This document shows, one piece after another, positions 9,179-19,948 of a stretch of 64,000 bases of DNA. How positions within the stretch are numbered: the first letter of the stretch is position 1; the number at the start of each line of letters is the position of its first letter. The DNA is from Phycisphaerales bacterium (GTDB taxonomy: Bacteria > Planctomycetota > Phycisphaerae > WQYP01), in NCBI GenBank assembly GCA_027451365.1, contig DAIDJN010000040.1, forward strand, positions 32,001 to 96,000, written 5' to 3'. The position numbers and the translations under genes are program-made. Below the pieces are notes generated by a model. The model was given only the letters and a program-made list of their open reading frames with translations, was not told the origin of the DNA and made no database searches.

Positions 9179-10558
9179 TTATTTATGAAAATAAAGCGCG
9201 GTCGCCACGGCGGTTGCCGTGATGATCATATTCTCTCTGGCTTGCATGGAAGCTGTGTCGTACATTCGCTTGTAATAGGCTGCCATCGCTCGCCGAAACG
9301 CTTTGTGCCGAAGCTTCTTTTCAATCGGGATCTGCGCCAGGCTGAATGGCACCACCGCGTGGCGTTGAACTTTTTTAACGCGAATAATCTCCACGACATC
9401 CTTGCGCGGATGATCCTTGTGCACAATCAGCAGGGGCGGGGCCATCTGTCCGGATTGTAAGGAAAATGCCACTTTGGCAATTGTGCTGTTGGACAACTCG
9501 TTTCGCCGCACCATTCCCCAGTGTCCGCCGTTCTGCGCCTGACCGTCAACGGAATTGTCTTCTGCCAGAAATGCAAAATTCGCGCCCTTGCGGATGCGGG
9601 CTTCCAGGCCCCGGCAGTAGGCCAGTGCTTCGTTTTGGGCTTCCACAATTTCCGCGGCGGTTGGATGGCTGACGGGCCTGGCACCGGTCGGGTCCGCCGG
9701 GTCGCGCGGCCATTTGCGAATGACTGGATAAGTGATGGTGTAAAGGTCCACCTTGCCATGGGTTGTATACGCCGCAATATGCTTCTGATAATACCGCCAC
9801 ATCTGTCGCCGTGTGACGACCAGGTGAGGCGCCAGTTGCGCCGACATATAGAATCGCACAATAAAATCATCGCGATAGCTCTTGAGCTTTTGCGCCAGAG
9901 AACTTCCCTCCAGTCGCAACTGGCGATCGGCTACCTCGTCCGACCCCATATATTGCGCCACCAGCTTGGCCTTTTTCATGGCGACATAAACCTGGGCTCG
10001 CTTCAGATCATCCTTGCTTAATTGATGTTTGGCCGATTGGAGCATCAGCAGATTGTCTATTTTCACCCGCAGTTCGTTGCCGACGGTCCGCGCCGCCTGC
10101 TGTATAAAAAACGAACGCGTCCGGCTTTGCGCCGCTTCCTGCTTGAGTTGACTGGCTATTGGCCCCAGAATGTCATGCACGAACAATGGCTTGCCATTGA
10201 CCGTGCCCAGCAGCGCCGCGACAGACAATACCTGTCCCGGCTGTACAGATGGATGGGCCGCAATCAGTGTCGGGCTGCCACCCAATGCGGTCAACGTTTT
10301 CGCTGCAGCGATGGAAGCCTGCCCCGAGTGTTCGCTGCCGCTGGCTTTCGCCACCGGTTGTGGCAATGCGGTCACGTGAGCCTCCGGCATGGTTGCCGGG
10401 GCACCGGGACTTATAAAAGAGCTTGGCGCTATCCCTGACGATGGCGCAGGGTGCGAACCACTGCATCCACCGGTGGCAAGGATGACCATCGCCAATGCGC
10501 TGGCGGAAACGCACTCAGTCATTCGGATCATTTTGTTTCGACTTTTCATGCCTGTCAT
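9179..10558 (-). CDS. SurA/PrsA-like parvulin peptidyl-prolyl isomerase, probable lipoprotein
   Basis: LATGGC lipobox-like site, TVNGKPL, GANFAFLAEDNSVD..AQNGGHWG, AFSLQSGQMA. Start uncertain. Confidence 0.75.
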   Translation of the reverse strand: MTGMKSRNKMIRMTECVSASALAMVILATGGCSGSHPAPSSGIAPSSFISPGAPATMPEAHVTALPQPVAKASGSEHSGQASIAAAKTLTALGGSPTLIAAHPSVQPGQVLSVAALLGTVNGKPLFVHDILGPIASQLKQEAAQSRTRSFFIQQAARTVGNELRVKIDNLLMLQSAKHQLSKDDLKRAQVYVAMKKAKLVAQYMGSDEVADRQLRLEGSSLAQKLKSYRDDFIVRFYMSAQLAPHLVVTRRQMWRYYQKHIAAYTTHGKVDLYTITYPVIRKWPRDPADPTGARPVSHPTAAEIVEAQNEALAYCRGLEARIRKGANFAFLAEDNSVDGQAQNGGHWGMVRRNELSNSTIAKVAFSLQSGQMAPPLLIVHKDHPRKDVVEIIRVKKVQRHAVVPFSLAQIPIEKKLRHKAFRRAMAAYYKRMYDTASMQARENMIITATAVATALYFHK

Positions 10559-10964
10559 TGTACCGTTGTTTTGGATTCAAATCGCCCGCCATGGCTGGCG
10601 TTACTTTTAGCGGCGGTCCCTGCCGTTCTGGCCGCTCATATTGGAACACAAACCGTGGCGAAACACAAAGCCTCGGCAAAAATCGCGACTCGCCAGCCGG
10701 ATAAGCAGGCAAGTTTCGGAACAGTTCGGTTTGGACCTATCTTTGAACCGATAGTCAAGCCGGGGGCAGCCTGGAGGCGTACGGGTGCTCGGACTGTTCG
10801 CTCGGTTATCATTTCCATACTGCTTTGGCGCAATACAACGCAACTTTTCCGATCGTATTCGCCCGCTCCCTCATTCCCGCCAAATAACAGTGGCTTGCTG
10901 TGCCATAAAACGGAAAATACGTTCACTCGGCGCGCCAATTCTTCAATGGTACTATGGCGCGGTC

Positions 10965-11825
10965 ATGACCATTCAACGCCATACCACCCCCCCCGATTCC
11001 CGCCGACCCAGCCGGGCCAACTCGGCCCGAACCGTCGCGGCATCGGTGCGGCTGATAGATGGCGAAACTCAGGCCGCCGAGGCCATTGCCAAAGTTGGCT
11101 GGCAGGATGTCCTGATTGCCTCGAATTCCACCACGCTGCTTGCGCTCGCGAGAGCTGGCTGCGGATCCAGGCGGCAGGTTGGCACACTGCTTATCCCGTT
11201 TTTGCCAGCGGTGGAACTTTTGGCCGCCCTTGGACGATGTTTTCGCCGGGTCATTTACCTGGCCGCTGAAAGTCGCTGGTGCCCCGATCAGGTCTTGTGC
11301 CAACTGGTTAAACAGGCGGACCGTCAGATCGCTTTGGGATTCGTGTTTGATTCCCCTTCCTGCCTGCTTACGCTTGTTTGCGCCGACCTTTCCATTCTGA
11401 CTGTGCCACTGTCGGAACTGTCGGCCGCCTTGGATCACAATGCCCAGATTCGCCCAGCTCTGTCCGACCAGGGCCGCACAATTGTGCTGCCGGATGGTTC
11501 GCATCCGCTTCTGGAAACGATTGAAAAATACGATGATACTTTTCGTCGTGCCCGTCGCCGCGGGCTTTGGGCGCAATCCGCCCATCCGGGGGAACGCATT
11601 CGTCATTTGCGCCTCGCCCGTCGTCTTCGCCGCGAAGATATTCCTGGCGTGGACCTTAAAACAATCGCACGAATTGAAAGAGGCGAAATTCGCACACCAC
11701 AAAAAGAAACGCTGCGGCTTATTGCCGCGGCCCTGCAAATACCGCTATCGGAATTGCAGTCACATGTTCCACCGCGCCGCCACAATCGCCGTAAAGCGGA
11801 TTCATCTCCCGGACCGCATGCGTGA
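10965..11825 (+). CDS. XRE-family HTH transcriptional regulator with N-terminal uncharacterised domain
   Basis: C-terminal GERIRHLRLARRL..KTIARIERGE..PQKETLRLIAAAL HTH. ATG at 10965. Confidence 0.75.
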   Translation: MTIQRHTTPPDSRRPSRANSARTVAASVRLIDGETQAAEAIAKVGWQDVLIASNSTTLLALARAGCGSRRQVGTLLIPFLPAVELLAALGRCFRRVIYLAAESRWCPDQVLCQLVKQADRQIALGFVFDSPSCLLTLVCADLSILTVPLSELSAALDHNAQIRPALSDQGRTIVLPDGSHPLLETIEKYDDTFRRARRRGLWAQSAHPGERIRHLRLARRLRREDIPGVDLKTIARIERGEIRTPQKETLRLIAAALQIPLSELQSHVPPRRHNRRKADSSPGPHA

Positions 11826-11963
11826 ACATCAGCTTGAACTTTCCCGGATCCGATCGGCAAAATGGAAGAATGGCGTACCGCCCGACTGCCGGAATAATAT
11901 GAAAACCTCGCCGCTCCGCCGCGGAGCCTGGTGGCGCAATTGACCGTCGAATGTCTTAATGGG

Positions 11964-12350
11964 TCAATGGCCGGAGTGTGCGGCATCATATTTTTCCGCG
12001 GTCAAAAATGCGGAAAAATCTTTCTGGGCCGTTTTCAGGCGAATCAGCCAGCCGAGTTCATACGGGTCCTGATTCAGCAATGAAGGATCATCCTTCACAG
12101 CCTGGTTCACCGCTGTAACTTCGCCGTCTAACGGGGAATATATTTCGCTCGTCGCCTTCACCGACTCCACTTCGCCAAACGCCTTGCCCGCCGTCACGGC
12201 TTTTCCCACGACCGGCATTTCCACAAAGGTTACATCGGTCAACTCATCGACGGCGAATTTACTGATTCCGATCAGCACGCCGTCGCCATCCGGTTTAATC
12301 CATTCATGCGTACTTGTGTAAAAACGATCTGAAGGTGATGCCATTGTCAT
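11964..12350 (-). CDS. gcvH: Glycine cleavage system H protein
   Basis: YTSTHEW, GEVESVKA lipoyl-Lys motif, LNQDPYE.GW. Confidence 0.97.
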   Translation of the reverse strand: MTMASPSDRFYTSTHEWIKPDGDGVLIGISKFAVDELTDVTFVEMPVVGKAVTAGKAFGEVESVKATSEIYSPLDGEVTAVNQAVKDDPSLLNQDPYELGWLIRLKTAQKDFSAFLTAEKYDAAHSGH

Positions 12351-12440
12351 TTTCCCGCTATCTGGTGGTTAAACTTCCAAAAAAAACTGCCTTCATTCCC
12401 GACACTCGGGAATAATAAACCGGATTGCCCAATCCGGAAA

Positions 12441-13550
12441 CTAACTTGAACGCTTATAAAACGGCAGCGGCGTAACGGTTGCGCCCGTTGGCGCGCCGCG
12501 CAAGTCCACGGTTAATGTGGTACCCGGCACCGCGCATTCCGCGGCCACATAGGCCATTGCTATTGTGCGGCCCAGCGTTGGGCTGGCGGTGCCGCTGGTG
12601 ACAGTGCCGACAGGCTTGCCTCCGGAAAGCACACCCATGCCCTGTCGTGGCGTGCGTGGTCCATCCACCAGCAGGCCGACAAGTTTTCGCACTGGCCCGG
12701 CGGACCGGATTTTTGCCAATACTGCAGATCCGACGAAAGATTTATCCTTTGCCACCGCCCAACCGAGTCCTGCGGAAATCGGATCGGTGTTTTCATCCAG
12801 TTCATGCCCGTACAGCGGCATGCCCGCTTCCAGTCGCAGCGTATCCCGGCAGCCCAGCCCGGCCGGCTGAAAAGGTGCATCTGCCGGATTTTTACCCTGT
12901 TTGAATAAAAAGCCCATCGCCATTTGTGCAGCCGTGTGGCCGCAGATAATTTCCACGCCATCTTCGCCGGTGTAACCGCTGCGGAAGACCGAAAATGTAA
13001 AAAACAGATAGCGTTGTACCATGCAATGGTAGCGTTTTAACTGGGAAACCGGTTCTGGAAGCAGATCATCCAACAATGCAATAACCTTCGGCCCTTGCAC
13101 GGCCACCATTGCGGTCTGCATGGTTTCATCTTTTATGGTGACGGCAAATTTATCCGAATGCCGCGCAAACCAACTCAGCAGCTTTTCGCGGTTGGAGGCA
13201 TTGCACACCATTAACCAGTATTTTTCAAAACGTGACACAATCACATCATCCAGAATGCCGCCTTGTTCATTGCACACCAGACTGTAAAGGGATTGACCTT
13301 CGGCGGCGTCACTTATTTTTCGGGTTAAAATGTGTTCCAGAAAATCGGTCGCGCCGGTGCCGCGGAATTCCAGCCGCCCCATATGCGACACATCAAAAAT
13401 GGATGCCCCGTTGCGCGTCTGCTGATGTTCCGGAATAATACCTTTGTACAGCAGCGGCATGTCCCAGCCGGCAAAATCGACCATTTTTGCGCCACTGCGC
13501 GTGTGCAGGTCATGAAATGGAGTTCGTAACAGTTTTTTTTGTTCGCTCAC
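12441..13550 (-). CDS. gcvT: Glycine cleavage system aminomethyltransferase T
   Basis: FAGWDMP, FDVSHMG, RSGYTGEDG, GLG.RDTLRLEAG. GTG start. Confidence 0.97.
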   Translation of the reverse strand: MSEQKKLLRTPFHDLHTRSGAKMVDFAGWDMPLLYKGIIPEHQQTRNGASIFDVSHMGRLEFRGTGATDFLEHILTRKISDAAEGQSLYSLVCNEQGGILDDVIVSRFEKYWLMVCNASNREKLLSWFARHSDKFAVTIKDETMQTAMVAVQGPKVIALLDDLLPEPVSQLKRYHCMVQRYLFFTFSVFRSGYTGEDGVEIICGHTAAQMAMGFLFKQGKNPADAPFQPAGLGCRDTLRLEAGMPLYGHELDENTDPISAGLGWAVAKDKSFVGSAVLAKIRSAGPVRKLVGLLVDGPRTPRQGMGVLSGGKPVGTVTSGTASPTLGRTIAMAYVAAECAVPGTTLTVDLRGAPTGATVTPLPFYKRSS

Positions 13551-13778
13551 ACCTTATCCTTCGGCATTGCCAAAGGAAAAAGCATAGTGGCTGGACGGGT
13601 TGCTGGCAAAGGGTCTTCAGAAAACAATGCTTTGGGCCGAGTGTTGCGATGGAATTCTCTCAATAAAACAAGGCTGACGGCTCCCAGGGGCGGGTGTCGT
13701 GCCGGACAGGGCAAAAAACTTTCAACGAACCTGTTCAAGGTTTATGACTTAATCGCGGGGCCGTGGCAAAATACCACT

Positions 13779-14273
13779 TTATCCGCGCCCGTGCCCCGGC
13801 CGCTGGCTGTCGTGTGATTCAATTTCATTTAAATAGGCAAGTGTTCTTTCCAATTGGCCTTTCAAATGCCGCACACGCAAAAGGCTTTTGACACGGGTAA
13901 GCAATTCGAGTTTGTTGATTGGCTTGGTGAGAAAGTCGTCGGTGCCGCTTTCCACGCCACGTTCAATATCGCCGAGTTCATTTAATGCGGTCACCATTAA
14001 AATGGGAATTTCGCGGGTTTTGGCGTCGGCCTTCAGCCGCCGACAGACTTCAAACCCGCTTAATTTCGGCATCATGATGTCCAGTAGAATCAGGTCGGGC
14101 ATCACCTTGGGAACTTTGGCCAGCGCATCAAGGCCATCCACCGCGACATGGGTAATGCAGTCCAGCGTTTCCAAGTAGGCCTGAATTAACTCCACATTCT
14201 GCGGATTGTCATCTACCACCAGAACGGTGCTGCGCGGCAGGTGCGTATCGTGACTGGTCGGACCGGTGGGCAT
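13779..14273 (-). CDS. Response regulator, single receiver domain (PleD-like REC)
   Basis: VLVVDDN, DLILLDIMMP, MVTAL, DDFLTKP. No output domain. Confidence 0.92.
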   Translation of the reverse strand: MPTGPTSHDTHLPRSTVLVVDDNPQNVELIQAYLETLDCITHVAVDGLDALAKVPKVMPDLILLDIMMPKLSGFEVCRRLKADAKTREIPILMVTALNELGDIERGVESGTDDFLTKPINKLELLTRVKSLLRVRHLKGQLERTLAYLNEIESHDSQRPGHGRG

Positions 14274-15050
14274 GGAACGCTCCTGAATCTGACAGATAAT
14301 CGGGCTGGCGTGGACCAGCTTGCAAATGATTATCCGCCCAATCGGGCAATCGTTCAACGTGTTCAGAACCAGAGCCTGGATTCAGCGGCCAATTTATTTC
14401 GGATTTGCCTGATTGTGGGCAGATTGGCTCGCTTGGCTTAGCTCTACGCCCCCGCTCTGCCTGCGCGAAGAGTGCAAAAAGGCACTATCGTTCACAGACA
14501 TGGACGGCAGCGGCGATGTATGGACCGATGCCGGCTCAAGCCGATAAACACCGCAATCAGCGGCACACCGCATCGTCTGGCTATGAATAATTCCAGCCGG
14601 AGTTTCCAGGCACCGGAGTTTTATTCCGCATTGAGTCGCGGCCACATGGAAAGAATGCGTTTGGCTTCCAGCCTGGCCTGCTTGCGATGCAGGAAGCTGT
14701 TTTTGTTAAAGCCGATTTTGTGTGAGCGAACTTTGGCTCCCGAAGTGCGTCGATGTGCCATGAGTGGTACTCCATTGCAACACGGACAAATGCTTCACCG
14801 GATATTAGACCATTTTTCATCGGACAAAACAATCATGATTCACCAAAAATTTTCATGACCTTTTTCGATCCGCTCTGGTGGCGCTGCGGCAAAGCTTTTC
14901 ATCGCCATCTGACATACTGCGAATCTGCCGATAATGTTCTTACTGCAAAACGCGTGCCGGGCCGGAATTATTGCAGCAGCTGCTTGGATAATGTTCGCAA
15001 GCATCTTTCGCCTGTCACCGGCAATGCTTCGGAATGCCTCTTGGTTCAAT

Positions 15051-15090
15051 AAAAAAGCCGGTCATCCAGTTTTTCTGAATGACCGGCTTT
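15051..15090 (-). terminator. Rho-independent terminator after nrdJ
   Basis: Inverted repeat AAAGCCGGTCAT...ATGACCGGCTTT followed by a T-run on the minus strand, ~30 bp after the stop. Confidence 0.85.
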
Positions 15091-15122
15091 GGATTGGTTT
15101 TAAGAACAGGTCAGAAGGCTGC

Positions 15123-18100
15123 TTACGAACAACCCAGTGAATTGCCACAATTCAGGCATTTATAGCAACTGCCGTTGCGCACCGTAATACTTCCGCAAGT
15201 GCAGACCGGGGCATCCCCCATCAGCGTTGCCATCTGCTGCGACAATGCCGAGGCTGCCGACTGGCCACTGCCGGAAGAGTGAGCAAACCGGTCTGAGGCA
15301 ATGACGGCAACCACCGCGAGTGCCGGCTCCGCCTTGCGCGAATTACCATTGCCATTGCCATGGTCGTGTCCGGCTTTGGCTGCGGCCTTTGGGCTGGAAT
15401 CAGGCGAACCCATGTCATCGGCTATAGCCACAGGTTTGGCGGCGGGGGCGTGGTCAAAGGGGCGAATTTCAGGCCCTTGCGCGACATGACTGTCCGATCG
15501 GCTGTCTCCATGATGGCGCTGCGGGGCGTTGGCTGCGTGATAGCCGGGGATAAATTTCATTCCCATCCATCGCACCAGGTAATCCATCATGCTTTTGGCA
15601 ATAGGAATATCGGAATTTGTGGTCATGCCCGCGGGTTCAAACCGCATGTGTTCAAACTTGCGCACAATTGCTTCCAGCGGTACGCCATATTGCAGATTCA
15701 GCGAAATAAGCGTGGCAATGGTGTCCATCAGGCCGCCCACCGTGCTGCCCTGCTTGGCCATGGTAATAAATACCTCGCCGGGGCTGTTGTCATCAAACAG
15801 GCCGCAGGTGATGTATCCTTCATGCCCCGCAATATCAAATTTATGCGTAATGCTGTTTCGCGTATCGGGCAGGCGGCGCCGCAGCGGGCGATGCACCACT
15901 TTTTCCACGATGCGTTCGACCACGCCGCTTGGCTGGCCGGCCGGTCGTGTATCCACAGAACCGGCCGCGATGGATCCATCTCCGAGTACTGCCGGGGTTG
16001 GATCGCCACATACGTTGCATGCGGCCGCCGATTCGACTTTCAATGCTTCAATGTCGCTTTCCGCATTGTCATCGTCTGAGGTGGAATTCAGTGGCTGGCT
16101 CAGCTTCGAACCATCGCGGTACAAAGCCACGGCCTTAAGCCCCAGGAGCCAGCTTTCCCGATAGGCCTCTTCAATGTCCGCGATGCCGACTTCGTTGGGC
16201 AGGTTGATGGTTTTGCTGATGGCCCCACTTATGAATGGCTGCGCCGCGGCCATCATGCGAATATGGCCCATGTGGTGAATAAACCGTTTGCCCTTGCGGC
16301 CACAACGGTTGGCACAGTCAAATACGGCCAGATGGCCTTCGGCCAGGTGGGGGGCACCTTCAATGGTTTGTGCGCCGCATACCACGTCATTGGCCTCCCG
16401 AATCTGCCGCTTGGTAAAGCCCAGTGACCTCAACAGGTTAAAGGATGGATTTTTCCATTGTTCCGGGGCAAAGCCCAGTCTGGTCATGGCCGCTTCTCCA
16501 AGCGACCAGGGAGAGAAGGCGAAGGCCAACTCAAAAACCGCGGGCAGGCAGCCTTCGATTTTGGTCAGTTCTTCTTCCGTGAAGCCCTTCGCCTTAAGTG
16601 TCTCCCGGTTGATATGCGGAGCGCCGTTCAATGTCAGCGTTCCCATGACATAGGTCAGCATGTCCCGAATCTGGTTTTCTGAATAGCCCATGTTTTTCAG
16701 TGCCGGTTCAATCGACTGATTGGCAATCTTGAAATAACCGCCGCCGGCAAGCTTTTTGAACTTTACCAGAGCAAAATCCGGCTCAACGCCGGTGGTGTCG
16801 CAGTCCATCAGCAGGCCGATGGTACCCGTGGGCGCAATGACGGTGGTCTGGGCATTGCGGTAACCATGCTTTTCCCCCAGTGCCACGGCCCGGTCCCAGG
16901 CCTGGCGAGCCGCAGTAAGGAGTGCTTTGCCGGCGGGTTGTGCATCAAACTGCGAAGCGTCAATGGCCACGGGCTTAACCGCCAGATTGTTATACGCTTT
17001 TTCATCCGCCCAAGCGGCCGCCCGATGATTCTTCATCACACGCAGCATATCGGCGCGGTTGCGGTGGTAACCTGGAAATGCCCCAAGTTCCGCCGCCATC
17101 TGTGCCGATGTTGCGTAGCTTTCCGCCGTCATCAGGGCGGTGATCGCGCCGCAAATAGCGCGAGCCTTGTCGCTGTCATAGGCAATGCCGGCCACCATCA
17201 GCATTGAACCGATATTGGCATAACCGAGTCCAAGCGTGCGGTATTCATAGCTAAGGCGGGCAATTTCCTTGCTGGGATAGGCCGCCATCAACACGGAAAT
17301 TTCCAGAACGATCGTCCAAAGCCGACAGGCATGGCTGAAGCCTTCAATGTCAAATTCCTGTGTCGCCGGGTGAAACAGCTTCATCAGATTAATCGACGCC
17401 AGATTGCACGCCGTGTTGTCCAGGAACATGTATTCGCTGCACGGGTTGCTGGCGTTAATCCGGCCGCTCTGCGGGCAGGTGTGCCATTCATTAATCGTGT
17501 CATCATATTGCACGCCGGGGTCCGCACACCGCCAAGCGGCAAAACCGATCTGTTCCCACAATTTCCGTGCCTTGACCTTTTTATGCACCTTGCCCGTGGT
17601 GCGGGCAACCAGGTCCCATTCGCCGTCCTTTTCCACCGCGGCGAGGAACTTATTAGGTACCCGGACTGAATTGTTTGAATTCTGACCTGATACTGTCGCG
17701 TAAGCCTCTCCATTGAAATCATAATCCAGCTTTAAATTCATTTTGCCGGCCAGTTCCTGCTGGTCCTTCGGCAGATGTTTCAACCCTTCTACCATTGCGG
17801 CGACTTTAATTTCTTCGCGCACTTTCCAGTTTACAAATTCTTCAATATCCGGGTGGTCCAGGTCCAGGCAGACCATTTTTGCCGCACGCCGCGTGGTTCC
17901 ACCGGATTTAATCGCGCCAGCCGCACGGTCGCCAATACGCAGAAAACTCATCAGACCGGAAGATTTACCGCCGCCGGAAAGCGATTCATCTTCGCCGCGC
18001 AGGCGCGAAAAATTAGCTCCAGTGCCCGAACCATATTTGAAAAGCCGTGCTTCGCGCACCCAAAGGTCCATAATGCCGCCCGGATTCACCAGGTCGTCAT

Positions 18101-18665
18101 CCACACTTTGAATAAAACATGCGTGCGGCTGCGGATGCGTGTAAGCGTCGGTGGCTTCCTGAAGCTGCTGGGTTTTCGGGTCCACATACCAGTGGCCTTG
18201 CGATGGGCCGGTGAGGTTGTAGGCAAAATTCAGCCCGGTATTGAACCACTGTGGCGAATTGGGTGCGGCCATCTGGGTCAGCAGCATGTAGGCCAGTTCA
18301 TCGTAGAAGGCCTGTCCGTCTTCCTGGGTGTCAAAATAGCCATGTTGCCGGCCCCAATGCGTCCAGCAGCCCGCCAACCGGTGGACCACCTGCCTGACGG
18401 ACCGCTCCGGTCCGGTTTTTTGTTTGCCGTTGGCATCCAGGATGGGCTTTCCTTCTGCGTCAAGCTGTGGAATGCCCGCTTTGCGGAAATATTTACTGAC
18501 CATAATATCTGTCGCCAATTGCGACCAGGATGCCGGAATTTCCGCATCCTTCATTTCAAAAACAACGCTTCCATCCACATTTGTAATGCGGCTGGTGCGT
18601 TTGGCCATTGGAATGGTGGAGTAAACATCAACTCCGGGTTTGGTAAAACGGCGTGTGATTTTCAT
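15123..18665 (-). CDS. nrdJ: Vitamin B12-dependent (class II) ribonucleotide reductase with TSCPD domain
   Basis: APNSPQWFNTG, HACFI, IKSGGTTRRAA, SNPCSEY, IAPTGTI, GAISKTIN, RRRLP..TSCPD region, C-terminal CTCG..CLNCG..GCS. No intein seen. Confidence 0.97.
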   Translation of the reverse strand: MKITRRFTKPGVDVYSTIPMAKRTSRITNVDGSVVFEMKDAEIPASWSQLATDIMVSKYFRKAGIPQLDAEGKPILDANGKQKTGPERSVRQVVHRLAGCWTHWGRQHGYFDTQEDGQAFYDELAYMLLTQMAAPNSPQWFNTGLNFAYNLTGPSQGHWYVDPKTQQLQEATDAYTHPQPHACFIQSVDDDLVNPGGIMDLWVREARLFKYGSGTGANFSRLRGEDESLSGGGKSSGLMSFLRIGDRAAGAIKSGGTTRRAAKMVCLDLDHPDIEEFVNWKVREEIKVAAMVEGLKHLPKDQQELAGKMNLKLDYDFNGEAYATVSGQNSNNSVRVPNKFLAAVEKDGEWDLVARTTGKVHKKVKARKLWEQIGFAAWRCADPGVQYDDTINEWHTCPQSGRINASNPCSEYMFLDNTACNLASINLMKLFHPATQEFDIEGFSHACRLWTIVLEISVLMAAYPSKEIARLSYEYRTLGLGYANIGSMLMVAGIAYDSDKARAICGAITALMTAESYATSAQMAAELGAFPGYHRNRADMLRVMKNHRAAAWADEKAYNNLAVKPVAIDASQFDAQPAGKALLTAARQAWDRAVALGEKHGYRNAQTTVIAPTGTIGLLMDCDTTGVEPDFALVKFKKLAGGGYFKIANQSIEPALKNMGYSENQIRDMLTYVMGTLTLNGAPHINRETLKAKGFTEEELTKIEGCLPAVFELAFAFSPWSLGEAAMTRLGFAPEQWKNPSFNLLRSLGFTKRQIREANDVVCGAQTIEGAPHLAEGHLAVFDCANRCGRKGKRFIHHMGHIRMMAAAQPFISGAISKTINLPNEVGIADIEEAYRESWLLGLKAVALYRDGSKLSQPLNSTSDDDNAESDIEALKVESAAACNVCGDPTPAVLGDGSIAAGSVDTRPAGQPSGVVERIVEKVVHRPLRRRLPDTRNSITHKFDIAGHEGYITCGLFDDNSPGEVFITMAKQGSTVGGLMDTIATLISLNLQYGVPLEAIVRKFEHMRFEPAGMTTNSDIPIAKSMMDYLVRWMGMKFIPGYHAANAPQRHHGDSRSDSHVAQGPEIRPFDHAPAAKPVAIADDMGSPDSSPKAAAKAGHDHGNGNGNSRKAEPALAVVAVIASDRFAHSSGSGQSAASALSQQMATLMGDAPVCTCGSITVRNGSCYKCLNCGNSLGCS

Positions 18666-18850
18666 GAAGGGATACTCCTGCTTCCGTGCACCCAGATGAC
18701 AAACAAAAACAATGCCTGATTCAAGGCCTTCTTAGGCAAATCCGCACGATTCTTCCTGAATAATGCAGACTCGTGCCGGTCTGCGCGTGCAATTCCAAGG
18801 TCGCATGTCCCGCTTGCCATGGGGTGGTTTGTGCCCCTGATAAGCGGGTG

Positions 18851-18890
18851 AAAAAAGCCGGCGAAGCCCCGTCCTGCGGATTCGCCAGCG
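18851..18890 (-). terminator. Terminator-like hairpin between dcd and nrdJ
   Basis: Minus strand GCTGGCGAA...TTCGCCGGC followed by TTTTTT. Confidence 0.5.
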
Positions 18891-19122
18891 CGACCATCCC
18901 AGGCCGCGCATCCAAATTTCGCAGCCCTTGCGGGAGTGGAATTTGCAAATTGTCAATCCAGTTCATCCGGACCGTCCGGGTTACCCCCGGACCGGCTTTT
19001 CCGGTTTACTGGTTCTTGTTTTCTCGTCCTGCGGACTTTTTGCGGCAAAGCTTTTATTTTGACCGCAAAAATCTGCCTTATTTTCAATCCGCAGCTTTGG
19101 CTGCGGCTCTCTTCCACGCGGG

Positions 19123-19677
19123 TCAGTCAACTTTGGGCAAGGTAAGCCCGGCCTGGTCCTGATATTTCCCTTTTTTGTCCGCATAGCTGATCTTGCAGAC
19201 CTCTTCGCCCCGCAGGAAAATGATCTGGGCGATCCCCTCATTGGCATATATTTTCGCCGGCAGCGGGGTGGTGTTGGAAATTTCGATCGTGATTTTTCCT
19301 TTCCACTCCGGTTCCAGCGGCGTTACATTCACAATAATTCCGCACCGCGCGTAGGTGCTTTTACCCACACAAATGGCCAGTATGTCACGTGGAATTTCAA
19401 AATATTCTACCGTTTCACACAAGGCGAAGCTGTTGGGCGGAATCAGGACAAAGCCCTGAGTTCCGGCGTCCACATCCACAAAACTTCGTGCAGAAAATTT
19501 CTTCGGGTCGACCACTTCGGAATTAACGTTCGTGAAAATTTTGAAGCTTGGCCCCACGCGGACATCATAGCCATAACTGGAAACACCGTAACTAATATGC
19601 CCTGCACGCTTGATTGCGCGTTCAAATGGTTCTATCCGTATCTGTTTTTCAATTTGAGAATCGGCCAGAATGCCCAT
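19123..19677 (-). CDS. dcd: dCTP deaminase
   Basis: [41 protein letters not shown]. Confidence 0.97.
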   Translation of the reverse strand: MGILADSQIEKQIRIEPFERAIKRAGHISYGVSSYGYDVRVGPSFKIFTNVNSEVVDPKKFSARSFVDVDAGTQGFVLIPPNSFALCETVEYFEIPRDILAICVGKSTYARCGIIVNVTPLEPEWKGKITIEISNTTPLPAKIYANEGIAQIIFLRGEEVCKISYADKKGKYQDQAGLTLPKVD

Positions 19678-19948
19678 GATGCGCCTGCTTTATCGTTGTC
19701 TCAAAACCGGCTGGCCCCGGATGCTTCCCGCTTCCAAAGCGAATGAAACCACCAAAAACCGACCGCGAGTTCGTATTTTGTTAGTGTACCATGCCTCGGC
19801 CAGCGATTCAAGATTTGAACCATAATCCTGAATCGAATCGCCTTCCGAATCACGGACCTCTGGCTTCTTCAGGTCGGCAGTTTTAACAGGCTTTGTTCAG
19901 ATCCTGTTTGCCAACGATGAAGAAGCCAATAAGGTCTTCACTTTTACT

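Noticed and set aside
10451..11269. 272-aa plus-strand ORF and the 10923-11738 minus ORF
   Set aside because: They overlap the better-supported PPIase and HTH genes, with low-information composition
12394..12440. Two small hairpins between gcvT and gcvH, sharing ATTCCCGACAC with ~29030
   Set aside because: Too short and too few copies to call a REP family; likely mRNA stems or chance
13551..13778. Glycine riboswitch upstream of gcvT
   Set aside because: No GGAGA...CCGAAG...CTCTCAGG core seen on the minus strand
17775..18719. 314-aa and other ORFs antisense to nrdJ, carB, ABC-F and purB
   Set aside because: Shadow ORFs expected from codon bias, with no motifs
18666..19122. Cobalamin riboswitch before the B12-dependent nrdJ
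   Set aside because: No GCCACTG/GGGAAG/B12-box elements found
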